Source of the DNA: Clostridia bacterium
GTDB lineage: Bacteria; Bacillota; Clostridia; TANB77; CAG-508
Assembly: GCA_017456555.1 (NCBI GenBank)
Contig: JAFTJF010000013.1
Location: 31,329-95,328, forward strand
Direction of reading: 5' to 3'
Length of the DNA: 64,000 nucleotides
The notes under the pieces were generated by a model. That model saw only the letters and a program-made list of their open reading frames with translations. It did no database searches and had not been told where the DNA came from. Made by a program: the position numbers and the translations under genes. Shown piece after piece: positions 1-9,500 of this stretch. Each line of letters starts with the position of its first letter. Position 1 is the stretch's first letter.

Positions 1-82
1 GTAAAGAGATATTATTTTCTTCTAATTCTTCTTGATTAAACATTATTTTTAGTTTAGTTTCAGTGATTTTTTCAAGTTTCAT
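1..82 (-). CDS. Partial CDS whose N-terminus (MKLEKITETKLKIMFNQEELEE...) runs leftward off the window. Product unknown.
   Basis: ATG (cat at 80-82 on +) preceded by GGAGGG RBS (revcomp of ccctcc 88-93); open frame runs leftward to window edge. Confidence 0.3.
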   Translation of the reverse strand, partial: MKLEKITETKLKIMFNQEELEENNISL

Positions 83-268
83 ATAATCCCTCCAATAATT
101 TAATTATACTATCCAGAAAACAAAAGTAAATGTAAATAAATGTATGAAATGTTTTATACTTAATTATATTTAAAAAAAGTATATAAATTACTTGAAAAAA
201 ACAACATATCAAGATATAATATACCAATGAAAAGTACAAATTTCCGTAGGAAAAAATGGGGGTAAAAT

Positions 269-526
269 ATGGCAACAAAAGAAAAAAATTTTTGGGTATT
301 ATTAATATTTTTACTATCAGGTTTAGTAATTGGAGGATTACTTGGGGAACTTGCAAATAGAGTAAGTTGGCTATGGTGGTTATCATATGGTGAAAGTTTT
401 GGACTTTCAACACCAGTTACTTTAGACTTGAGTGTACTCGCAATAACATTTAGTTGTATGATAAGAATAAATGTGGCTAGTATAATAGGAATGGTACTTG
501 CTATTATTTGGTATAGAAAAATATAA
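269..526 (+). CDS. Small 2-TM membrane protein, DUF4321-like
   Basis: 85 aa, two hydrophobic helices, GG RBS upstream; position immediately upstream of radC is typical of this family. Confidence 0.45.
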   Translation: MATKEKNFWVLLIFLLSGLVIGGLLGELANRVSWLWWLSYGESFGLSTPVTLDLSVLAITFSCMIRINVASIIGMVLAIIWYRKI

Positions 527-554
527 GGGATATAAAATAGACAGAAAGGAAATA

Positions 555-1232
555 ATGGGAAAAATTAAAAATATTCCTCATATGGAAAGACCGTATGAAA
601 AAATGTTAATGTATGGAGAAAAAACATTAACAGATGTTGAACTTTTGTCTATTATAATAAAAACAGGAACAAAAGAAGAATCATCTTTAGAAATTGCAGA
701 AAATCTTATGAATTTAAGTACAATAAAAAATGGAAGTTTAAGATTTCTGCAAACAATATCAATTGAAGAATTACAAACTATAAATGGAATTGGAAAAGTA
801 AAGGCAATAGAATTAAAAGCAATTGGTGAAATTACTAAAAGGATTTCAAAGCCAATAAGCTCAAAAGAAATAAAAATAACTTCAAAAGTAGATGTCGCTA
901 ATTTATTTATGCAAGAACTGCAAACAGAAGAAAATGAAGTTTTGAAAGTTCTAATGTTAAACAATCAAAATATTTTGAAAAGGGTTTTAACAATAGCAGT
1001 AGGAAACGAAAACAACATAATTGTAAATGTTAAAGCAATACTTTCAGAACCAGTGAAAATGCAAATTCCAAAAATAATTTTAGTGCATAATCATCCAAGT
1101 GGAAATCCAGCTCCAAGTAATATAGATATTGAATTTACTGAAAAAATAAGAAAGGCAGCAGCTCTGCTTGATATTCAAGTATTAGATCATATAATAATTG
1201 GAGATGGAATATATAGTAGTGTTTTAAATTGA
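555..1232 (+). CDS. radC: RadC-family JAB/MPN domain protein (UPF0758)
   Basis: HNHPSG JAB motif, N-terminal HhH-like region; RBS AAAGGA before ATG 555 (ORF track frame opens at 498). Confidence 0.8.
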   Translation: MGKIKNIPHMERPYEKMLMYGEKTLTDVELLSIIIKTGTKEESSLEIAENLMNLSTIKNGSLRFLQTISIEELQTINGIGKVKAIELKAIGEITKRISKPISSKEIKITSKVDVANLFMQELQTEENEVLKVLMLNNQNILKRVLTIAVGNENNIIVNVKAILSEPVKMQIPKIILVHNHPSGNPAPSNIDIEFTEKIRKAAALLDIQVLDHIIIGDGIYSSVLN

Positions 1233-1262
1233 TAATGAAATTAAGAAGAAGGGAAGATATTA

Positions 1263-2084
1263 ATGAACAGAAATAAACAGACAGAAATTTTAGGTGGTAT
1301 TTTAACAGTAATTGTTTTAATACTATTAATTTTTCTTTCAAATGTAGAAGTTAATAAACTTTCATATCTTGAATCAGCCGCAAGTTCAATTGTGAATCCG
1401 ATTCAAAGAGTTTTTATAGATTTAAGAAACAAATTACAAGGAAACTCTGCTTACTTTTCTAATATGGAAACTATAATGCAAGAAAACGAAGAACTAAAAA
1501 AGAAAAATAGTGAATTAGAAACAAGCTTAAGAGAACTTGAAATGATAAAAGCAGAAAATACTACACTTCAAGAATATATGAATTTAACAGAAAAATATGC
1601 TTCTTATCAAACAATTCCAGCATATGTAATAAACAAAGATGTAAGCAACTATAGCAGTACTTTAGTTTTAAATGTTGGAATAAAAGATGGAATTAAAGAA
1701 AACATGACAGTAATTGCTGATAAAGGATTAGTTGGACATGTTATTTCAGTTACAGAATCAACTTGTAAAGTTCAAGTTATTATAGACTCAGCAAGCACAG
1801 TAAGTAGCTCAATAAGCACAACTCAAGAAAGCATAATTTGTAAAGGAACACTTGACAATAGTCAAAAACAAATCTTAAGAGCATCTTACATTCCAACTGG
1901 TGCAGAGCTAATTCAAGGTGATAGTGTATACACATCAGGAGTAGGTGGAATATATCCTAAAGGAATAATAATTGGAACAATAAAAGAAATAGTTACAACA
2001 AGCAATATAACAGATAGATACGCAATTGTAGAACCAGCAGTAGATTTTTCAAAAGTAGATACAGTACTAATAATCAATGAATAG
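1263..2084 (+). CDS. mreC: Rod shape-determining protein MreC
   Basis: N-terminal TM, coiled-coil segment, C-terminal beta-rich domain; synteny with mreD/pbp2. Confidence 0.8.
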   Translation: MNRNKQTEILGGILTVIVLILLIFLSNVEVNKLSYLESAASSIVNPIQRVFIDLRNKLQGNSAYFSNMETIMQENEELKKKNSELETSLRELEMIKAENTTLQEYMNLTEKYASYQTIPAYVINKDVSNYSSTLVLNVGIKDGIKENMTVIADKGLVGHVISVTESTCKVQVIIDSASTVSSSISTTQESIICKGTLDNSQKQILRASYIPTGAELIQGDSVYTSGVGGIYPKGIIIGTIKEIVTTSNITDRYAIVEPAVDFSKVDTVLIINE

Positions 2085-2099
2085 AGAAAGGAACTTTAT

Positions 2100-2633
2100 A
2101 TGAGGAAAATTCTAACAGTAATTTGTTTAATATTAGTTTTCTTTTTAATATATTTCCTTCAAGTGAATATTTTTAGTACATTTACAATAGCAGGAATAAA
2201 ACCAAATCTATTTGTAATCTACGTTTTATTTATAGGATTATTTGCTAGTCAATTGGTTGGAATATCTTTTGGTGTTGTAATAGGACTTTTAATAGATTTC
2301 TTATATGGAAAAACAATAGGAATCACAGCAGTAATGCTTTGTGTTATTGGTTATCTTGGTTCATATTTTGATAAGAATTTTTCAAAAGAAAATAAATTAA
2401 CAATAATTTTTATGGTAGCAGGAGCTACACTTATTTTTGAATTAGGAACATATTTCTTAAATTCAATAATTTTAAATTTTGATAGAGAGTTTTACTATTT
2501 TACAAAAATAGTTTTAATAGAAATTGTATATAATGTTTTATTATCTATAATTTTTTATCCACTAATTCAAAAAGCAGGATATACAATAGATAGAAACTTT
2601 AAGAAAAATAACATACTTACTAGATATTTTTAA
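2100..2633 (+). CDS. mreD: Rod shape-determining protein MreD (polytopic membrane)
   Basis: 177 aa, 5-6 predicted TM helices, directly after mreC. Confidence 0.65.
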   Translation: MRKILTVICLILVFFLIYFLQVNIFSTFTIAGIKPNLFVIYVLFIGLFASQLVGISFGVVIGLLIDFLYGKTIGITAVMLCVIGYLGSYFDKNFSKENKLTIIFMVAGATLIFELGTYFLNSIILNFDREFYYFTKIVLIEIVYNVLLSIIFYPLIQKAGYTIDRNFKKNNILTRYF

Positions 2634-2664
2634 AACTTATTAATTAAAATAATTAATAAAGAAG

Positions 2665-4800
2665 GTGAGATGGCTGAAACAAAAAAGCGAATTAGAAAAA
2701 TCTAATTTTAGATATAATGTTTTAACTGCAATAGTTTATTTAATAGGAATAATTATTTTAATAAGATTGTTTGATCTTCAAATTGTAAATGGAGCAGAAT
2801 ATAGAGAAGATTCGAATACAAAACTTACTAGAGAAGCAACAATAGAAGCAGCAAGAGGAAGTATTTTAGATCGAAGTGGAAATATTTTAGTAAGTACTGA
2901 AATGAAGTTTTCACTTGAGATGTATAAATCAAAAACAGATGATGCTCAATTAAATGACTCGATATTACTAATGACAACAATTTTAGAAAATAATGGGAAC
3001 TCATATGTAGATACATTTCCAATAAGTATAGATCCTTTTGAATATCATTTTGATTCAGAAGAAGAATTACAAGAATGGAAAGAAAAATATGATATTCCAG
3101 AAACAGCTTCAGCAGAAGAGGCATTTTATCTATTTAGAGATAAATATAATATAAATAATGAAAATCCTAAAGAAATAAGACAAATTTTAGCAATTAGATA
3201 TGCAATAACAACAATAGGATATTCAACAACAAGATCAATAGCAATTTCAGAAGAAATTTCAAGAGATGCTGCTGTACAGCTACAAGAAAATTCACAAAAT
3301 TTAACTGGTGTTAATATAGTTGTAGAACCAGTTAGAGTTTATCATCAAGGAGAACTTGCTTCTCATATAATTGGTTATGCAAGTAGAATTAGTAAAGATA
3401 ACTTAGATGAGTTTAAAGCTGAAGGTGATACTCATGAATATGATGTAGATGATAAAGTTGGTCAAACTGGAATTGAAAAAGTCTTCGAAAATTATTTAAG
3501 AGGAGAAGATGGAATAAAACAAATTGATATGTCTGTTGATGGAACTGTAACTGGTGAATATACAGCTCAGGAAGCTATAGGTGGAGCAGATGTTGTACTT
3601 ACAATAGATGCAAATCTTCAAAGAGTTGCAGAAGATTCTCTTGAAAGAAATATAATGAAAATAAGAGATGGAGGTTTTGGAGAACCTTATGAAGCTGAGA
3701 CTGGTGCTGTAGTAGTAACAAATGTTAATACTGGTGAGATTTTAGCTATGGCAAGTTATCCAGATTATGAAGTTGGTCTTTTCTATGATGGTATTTCAAC
3801 TAGCAAATACAATGAGTACAGAGATGTAGGAGCTTTTTATAATAGGGCTGCTCAAGGAACATATCCACCAGGGTCTATTTATAAAATGGTTACAGCGATT
3901 GCCGGTCTTGAAACTGGAAAAGTATCTGTGGGAGAAACAATAAATGATAATGGGCCATTCTATGTTACAGATGATCCTGATTATGATCAACATCCGAAAT
4001 GTTGGTATTTCAATTCATATGGAAGGGGACATGGAAGACTTAACGTTGTTGGAGCTTTGATGAAATCTTGTAACTATTATTTTTATGAAGTTTCAAACAG
4101 AATTGGTGTAGAAACATTAGGAGAATTTGCTAAATACTTTGGTTTTGGTAAAAAAACAGGAATTGAAATAAGTGAGTCAGTTGGTATTGTGCCAGCAAGA
4201 AATTTAATTGAAAGATATTGGTCGAAAGCGGATACTGCTTCAGCTTCAATTGGTCAAGGATTTGATACAGCAACACCAGTACAAATGGCTAAATATATTT
4301 CAATGGTAGCAAATGGTGGTCATCCAATTGATTTAACTTTAGTAAAAAGTGTAATAAAATCAAATGGAACTCAAGTTTCACAAGATGAATTAGTTGCATA
4401 TGAAGCTAAAAAACTAGGAAGAGAAATTGAAAAAACAGAAGATAAAAATATAAGTGAAGAAACAATAAATGCAATACATGAAGGAATGAGATCTGTTGCT
4501 GAAGAAGAAGGCGGAACTGCATATTCGGTATTTAAAGATTTTGCTATAGAACTTGGTGGAAAAACTGGTTCTGCAGAAATGACAAGTGTTAAAGCTTCAA
4601 AGGATGTAATTGCATGGTTTGCGGGGTTTGCACCTTATGATAATCCTGAAATAGCAATTGTTGTTATGGTTGAAAAAGGTGGACATGGATATTATACAGC
4701 TGAAGTTGTTAGAGATATTATGACAGAATATTTTGGAATGAATGTACAAGAGACAAATGAAGATATGTCAGCTTCAATAGAAATCGAATCTTTTAGATAG
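2665..4800 (+). CDS. mrdA: Penicillin-binding protein 2 (class B transpeptidase)
   Basis: N-terminal TM anchor, PBP dimerisation domain, transpeptidase motifs (SxxK region 'SIYK', 'SCN', 'KTG'); GTG start uncertain, see finding. Confidence 0.85.
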   Translation: MRWLKQKSELEKSNFRYNVLTAIVYLIGIIILIRLFDLQIVNGAEYREDSNTKLTREATIEAARGSILDRSGNILVSTEMKFSLEMYKSKTDDAQLNDSILLMTTILENNGNSYVDTFPISIDPFEYHFDSEEELQEWKEKYDIPETASAEEAFYLFRDKYNINNENPKEIRQILAIRYAITTIGYSTTRSIAISEEISRDAAVQLQENSQNLTGVNIVVEPVRVYHQGELASHIIGYASRISKDNLDEFKAEGDTHEYDVDDKVGQTGIEKVFENYLRGEDGIKQIDMSVDGTVTGEYTAQEAIGGADVVLTIDANLQRVAEDSLERNIMKIRDGGFGEPYEAETGAVVVTNVNTGEILAMASYPDYEVGLFYDGISTSKYNEYRDVGAFYNRAAQGTYPPGSIYKMVTAIAGLETGKVSVGETINDNGPFYVTDDPDYDQHPKCWYFNSYGRGHGRLNVVGALMKSCNYYFYEVSNRIGVETLGEFAKYFGFGKKTGIEISESVGIVPARNLIERYWSKADTASASIGQGFDTATPVQMAKYISMVANGGHPIDLTLVKSVIKSNGTQVSQDELVAYEAKKLGREIEKTEDKNISEETINAIHEGMRSVAEEEGGTAYSVFKDFAIELGGKTGSAEMTSVKASKDVIAWFAGFAPYDNPEIAIVVMVEKGGHGYYTAEVVRDIMTEYFGMNVQETNEDMSASIEIESFR

Positions 4801-4815
4801 AAAGAGGTAAAAAGG

Positions 4816-5421
4816 ATGTTAAATAATATTAAAATCAGCCAAACTACAAATGAAATAATATTAAATGTTAATGTAATAGCAGATATAAATGAAATAATGG
4901 AAGAATTACAATCAAAACTTCCGAAATTAAGAGATTTCTATCAAACTTCTACAATTCCAATGAGAGTTACAGGAAGATTATTTACAGAATCTGAAATAAA
5001 GAAAGTAAAGGCTGCAATAAATGCAGAAATTCCCGTTGAAATAAAATTTGATGATATCTCAGATTTGCTAGGGCTACACGCAATTAAAAGAACTTTTGAA
5101 GTTGAAACAGACATATCAGAAACAAAATTTATACAAAATTCATTAAGATCTGGACACAGAGAAGAATATCCAGGAAGTATAGTAGTTTGTGGTGATGTTA
5201 ATTTTGGAGCTGAAGTGGTTGCTGGAGGAAATATAATGATTTTAGGTGCCTTAAGAGGAGTTGCTCATGCTGGTGCAAATGGAAATACAATGGCAATAAT
5301 TTCTGCAAATAATATTGATGTAACACAAATAAGAATCGCAAATTTAGTTAGAGAAGTTGGAGAAAAAGTTGATAAATGTCCAATTTGTAAAATAGAAAAA
5401 AATGAAATAATTATTGTATAA
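4816..5421 (+). CDS. minC: Septum site-determining protein MinC
   Basis: C-terminal beta-helix domain with GAEVVAGGNIMILGALRGVAHAG signature. Confidence 0.8.
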   Translation: MLNNIKISQTTNEIILNVNVIADINEIMEELQSKLPKLRDFYQTSTIPMRVTGRLFTESEIKKVKAAINAEIPVEIKFDDISDLLGLHAIKRTFEVETDISETKFIQNSLRSGHREEYPGSIVVCGDVNFGAEVVAGGNIMILGALRGVAHAGANGNTMAIISANNIDVTQIRIANLVREVGEKVDKCPICKIEKNEIIIV

Positions 5422-5423
5422 AA

Positions 5424-5807
5424 TTAAATAATTAAAAGTACCAAGGTTATGATTAATATAAAATCATAACCTTGTTTGTTTTTTTCTAAAAAATTTATTC
5501 CAATATCTAAGTTTTCCATTACACTTAAAAGATTTGCTATTTTTATATATTGCTCTAGCTTTTCTTGTTTATCTTTTTCTAGATAAGGTCTTAAAGCAAA
5601 AAGTAATTTATTCCTAGGGCAGTCTTGATTTTGATTCATTTTTGACATTATATTTTTGATTTTTAATATTGTTTCAATATCTAATGAAAAATCGTTGTTT
5701 TCAGCAGGAGGAATAGGTGTTCCACCTGCTATATTGTTTAAGTCAATATTTTTTTCTTTTAAAATATCAGAGAATTTGTTTAAAACTTCTGAAAAATCGT
5801 TATCCAT
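5424..5807 (-). CDS. Hypothetical protein (about 127 aa from ATG; ORF track opens at TTG 5828)
   Basis: ORF with charged N-terminal half; C-terminal 20 codons are read through the terminator hairpin, so the true C-terminus is uncertain. Confidence 0.3.
   Translation of the reverse strand: MDNDFSEVLNKFSDILKEKNIDLNNIAGGTPIPPAENNDFSLDIETILKIKNIMSKMNQNQDCPRNKLLFALRPYLEKDKQEKLEQYIKIANLLSVMENLDIGINFLEKNKQGYDFILIITLVLLII
5443..5492. terminator. Bidirectional rho-independent terminator (aaggttatgatt / aatcataacctt stem, then T-run)
   Basis: perfect 12-bp inverted repeat followed by gtttgttttttt; lies between convergent minC and the minus-strand small genes. Confidence 0.6.
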
Positions 5808-5808
5808 A

Positions 5809-5949
5809 TTATTTTTCGCCTTTATCAAAATTTTTGTTTAAGCCAGAATTTTCAAGTATTGTCTGAGCTTTATAAATATTTTTCTCAAGTTCTTCTTTAT
5901 CCATTTTAGAGATGGCAGCTAGTAATTTGTTTATATCCATGTTATTCAA
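5809..5949 (-). CDS. Small hypothetical protein, about 46 aa (LNNMDINKLLAAISKMDKEELEKNIYKAQTILENSGLNKNFDKGEK)
   Basis: AGGAGG RBS 9 nt upstream of TTG; stop abuts start of next minus-strand ORF (taatATG). Confidence 0.25.
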   Translation of the reverse strand: MNNMDINKLLAAISKMDKEELEKNIYKAQTILENSGLNKNFDKGEK

Positions 5950-6214
5950 TCTTAAATACCTCCTAACAGTTAGATTACTATATTTATATGCATCTTTCTT
6001 TAAAAGTTTCATAAATATTACAGAATATAATAAATGCTTTACGGAACCTATAAATGGTGGTTTTGAAAAAATTAAGCAAGGAAAAAATGTAAACAAGAGC
6101 AGATTATTTTAAGTTTTTTACACAATTCGACAAAAAAACACCTGTAAGTCACAAATAGGTGAGAAAATACCTTTGAAAAAACTTGAAAAAAAGTCAAAAA
6201 ATGCTTGAAATTGC

Positions 6215-6243
6215 TTGAAAAAGTTGACATAACGGTGTATAAT
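6215..6243 (+). promoter_or_regulatory. Sigma-A type promoter TTGAAA-17nt-TATAAT with extended TG
   Basis: ttgaaa (6215-6220), 17-nt spacer, tgTATAAT (6236-6243); followed by ~250-nt leader before giant adhesin gene. Confidence 0.5.
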
Positions 6244-6509
6244 AATTATTGTACAGCGTTTTGACATAAAAGGCTTAAAAGACTTATATAAAGTTAGGTA
6301 TGTAACACAAATTTTATATTTAAAATGGGTGATGTTCTTGAAAAGGAACTTCCGTAAAGGGTTATAGGCGGAAAAAGTCATGAAAACCTAGAATATAAAG
6401 GGTTTGTATATTGACTACTTTAAAAAAAAGAGTAAAATTATACTTATAATAAAATAGTAAATTAAGATACTATGTCAAAAAATTTGTTATTATGGGAGGA
6501 ATTAAGATT

Positions 6510-9500
6510 ATGCTTAAAAACAAAATTCTAGAAAAATTGTTAGCAATAATCCTAATATTTACACTAACCTTTGCAAATTTTGCATTTGTAACTGAAGCAT
6601 ATGCTTCAAGTTTTGCAGAAAGCATATTAGGCTTAACATCCGACACTGGCCATAAAAATATCGGATTTACAGCTTATTTTGGAACCGAAGAAAATGATGA
6701 AGCTTCGGTTATTAGTGATGTAAATAATGAGGAATTGTCTATTGGCATGAGCTTAAGCGTTCAAGAAAGTGGATACTTAAAAGATGCGAAAATAGCAATT
6801 GTAGAAACAGAAGAAGGAAGTGGACTAAACTTCGAAATTAAACCACAAGAAGAATTAGGAGATTATGTTCAATCGATTGAAGATAATGTAGTAACATTAC
6901 AACAAATCAATAGTTCTTCAGAAGATGTAAAAATTCAAGTACCTATCGAGTACAAAAACGAATCATATGTGAATGAAAGTAAACTATCAAAAGAAGCTTT
7001 GATAGCTTTTTCAGGTATATATGTTGATAACGAAGGTGAAGAAAAAGAAGTTTCTAAGAAAATTTATTTAACTGTAAATTGGGAAGATTCAAGAACAGTT
7101 AAAGTTGAAACATCTGCTGAAAAATATATTGACTTTGGTGCTGGTATCATTTTACAAACTCTTGTAAAAGTTGATACTCAAGTTGAAGGAAATACATTAC
7201 CAACAAAAGAATCAGAAGTAGTAATAACTGCTCCAACAATAGGAGATAAAGCTCCAAACAATGTTTATGTTGTAGCAAATAGCACAGCAGGAACAAACGG
7301 AAAAAATGTTGGAGAAGTAGTCTTCACAGAAGAAAATTGGAATTATAATCCAGAAGAAAATAAAGTAACAATCAAAGTAAATAATGAAAAACAATTAGTA
7401 GAAGTAAATGAGTTTGCTGATGAATATTTACAAGAAGCAGATCAAGAAGTTGTTGAAGAAGAAAGATATTATAATGGAACAGGTGTTGATGAATACCTAG
7501 TAACATATACATACATGGATTCAGAAATAACAGAAGAAGCTCAAACAGTAAATTCAAATATTGAAGCTAAATTAACAACATTTAGTGGTGTTCAAAGAAA
7601 TGAAAACATCAATATAGTAACAAATGACGATGATAATAAAAATCATGAATATCTTCTAGAAGGAAAAATAGGAGATTTAGTATCTTTAAATATAGAAAAC
7701 GAAACTGAAGAAGTTTCAAAAGCATATGTATATGCAAATTATAATAACAATGACAAATATGAAGTAGAACTAACATCAGAAACAATGGTTAACGTTTCAT
7801 ACACAGAAATAATTGAAACATTAACAGTAGAAGATGTAGAAAATACTTACAAAGATAAATCAGGAAATGTTATAGAAAATAATGATTTATATTATAAACA
7901 AGTTTCTGTATCAAAAGAAAACTTTGTAGAAATCCTTGGTGAACAAGGTGAAATCAAAGTAATGGATATTTCAGGAACTATAATTGCAGTTATTAATAAT
8001 GACTCAGAAGTAAATGAAGAAGGAAGAGTAACAATTGGTTTTGAAAATAAATATCCAAAATTAAGTTTTGAAATGTCAAAACCAGTAAAAGAAGGAAACA
8101 TAGTAATTAAATCAATAAAAGCTATGTCAAACTCTTCAGTAGATAAACCAACATTTGCAAATCTTGAAAGTATAAATACAAAAACATCAATAAAAGCAAA
8201 ATACAATTATGTACAAGATAAAGTAGAAGTTGGAGTTTCAGAAATAACAACAAAATTATTAGATACAACAACAAAAGCAGTTTTAGCTATGGATAGAGAT
8301 AGCTTATCAACATTAGAGACAAACGAAAATGTTGAATTAAGAATTGAATTAAACAACGCATCTGCTAGTTCAGATATTTATGGACATTCAGTATTTGAAA
8401 TTGATTTACCAGAATCAATCGAAAGTTTTGAAATAACAAACTCAAGTTTACTTTATGCAGAAGGATTAAGTATTACTTCAGCAGAAGTAGTTGATAGAAA
8501 AATAGTAATAACAATAGATGGAATGCAAGAAGGAATAAATTCTGGTGTTTTAACAAATGGTACTAACATAGTACTTAATGCGAATATAAAAGTTAACTTA
8601 TATACACCAGCAAAATCAGAAACAATGACATTAAGATATACTAACCAAGAAGCTACAAATTATGATAATGGAGGAGTAAATGAATTAGTAATTAACTATT
8701 CAGCTCCAACAGGATTAGTAGTAGTAAATAGTACATCAAATTATAATAGTAATGGTTCAGTAACAGCATCTGTAAGACAAGGTGAAAAAGTAGATTTAAT
8801 AGATATATATTCAGATGCAAAAGTTGCAACAATGGAAATCATTGTAATGAACAATAATGGAAATACAGTTTCAGATTTAGCAATACTTGGTAGAATTCCT
8901 TTTAAAGGAAACAAAGATATTGCAACAGGAGATGATTTAGGAACAACTAAAGATACAAAATTAGTTGGAGCTTTAATAGCAGATGAAAGAATACAATCAC
9001 AATTTACAATATATTATTCAGAAAATGGAGAAGCAACAAAAGATTTAGCTGATAGTTCAAATGGATGGAATCCAGCTCCAGAAAGTTTTGAGAATATTAA
9101 ATCATATTTAATAGTACCAGTAGAAGAAAATTATGAAATGCAAGATACAGAAATTTTAAGATTTACATATCAATATGAAATTCCTGCAAACTTATCTCAT
9201 AATGAAAAATTCTATGGAACATTCTTAACATATTATACAAATAATTCAGAAGTTGCTGTAACAGAAGAACAAGCTACACCAGACAGAGTAGGATTAACAA
9301 CTGGTGAAGGACCAGAATTAAGCTTAGTTATGTCAGTAGATAAAAATTCTGTTAGAGAAGGTGAAGAATTAGAAGTTAATATAATTGCATCAAATGTTGG
9401 AGAATGTAAAGCACAAGATGTTGTAGTAAAATTTGAAATTCCAAATGCTACAAAATATATTGAAACAGTAGTTGAAGGAGCAGAAGCAACATTAGAAGGA

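Noticed and set aside
72-413. 113-aa minus-strand ORF overlapping the DUF4321 gene
   Set aside because: Low-complexity, hydrophobic, antisense to a better-supported + strand gene and upstream promoter region. Probably spurious.
578-964. 128-aa minus-strand ORF inside radC
   Set aside because: Antisense to a motif-supported gene, with no RBS.
2828-3124. 98-aa minus ORF ending in poly-Leu within pbp2
   Set aside because: Antisense artefact of AT-rich coding sequence.
6118-6381. 87-aa minus-strand ORF in the adhesin promoter/leader region
   Set aside because: Overlaps the sigma-A promoter and leader, with no RBS and odd composition. Likely spurious.
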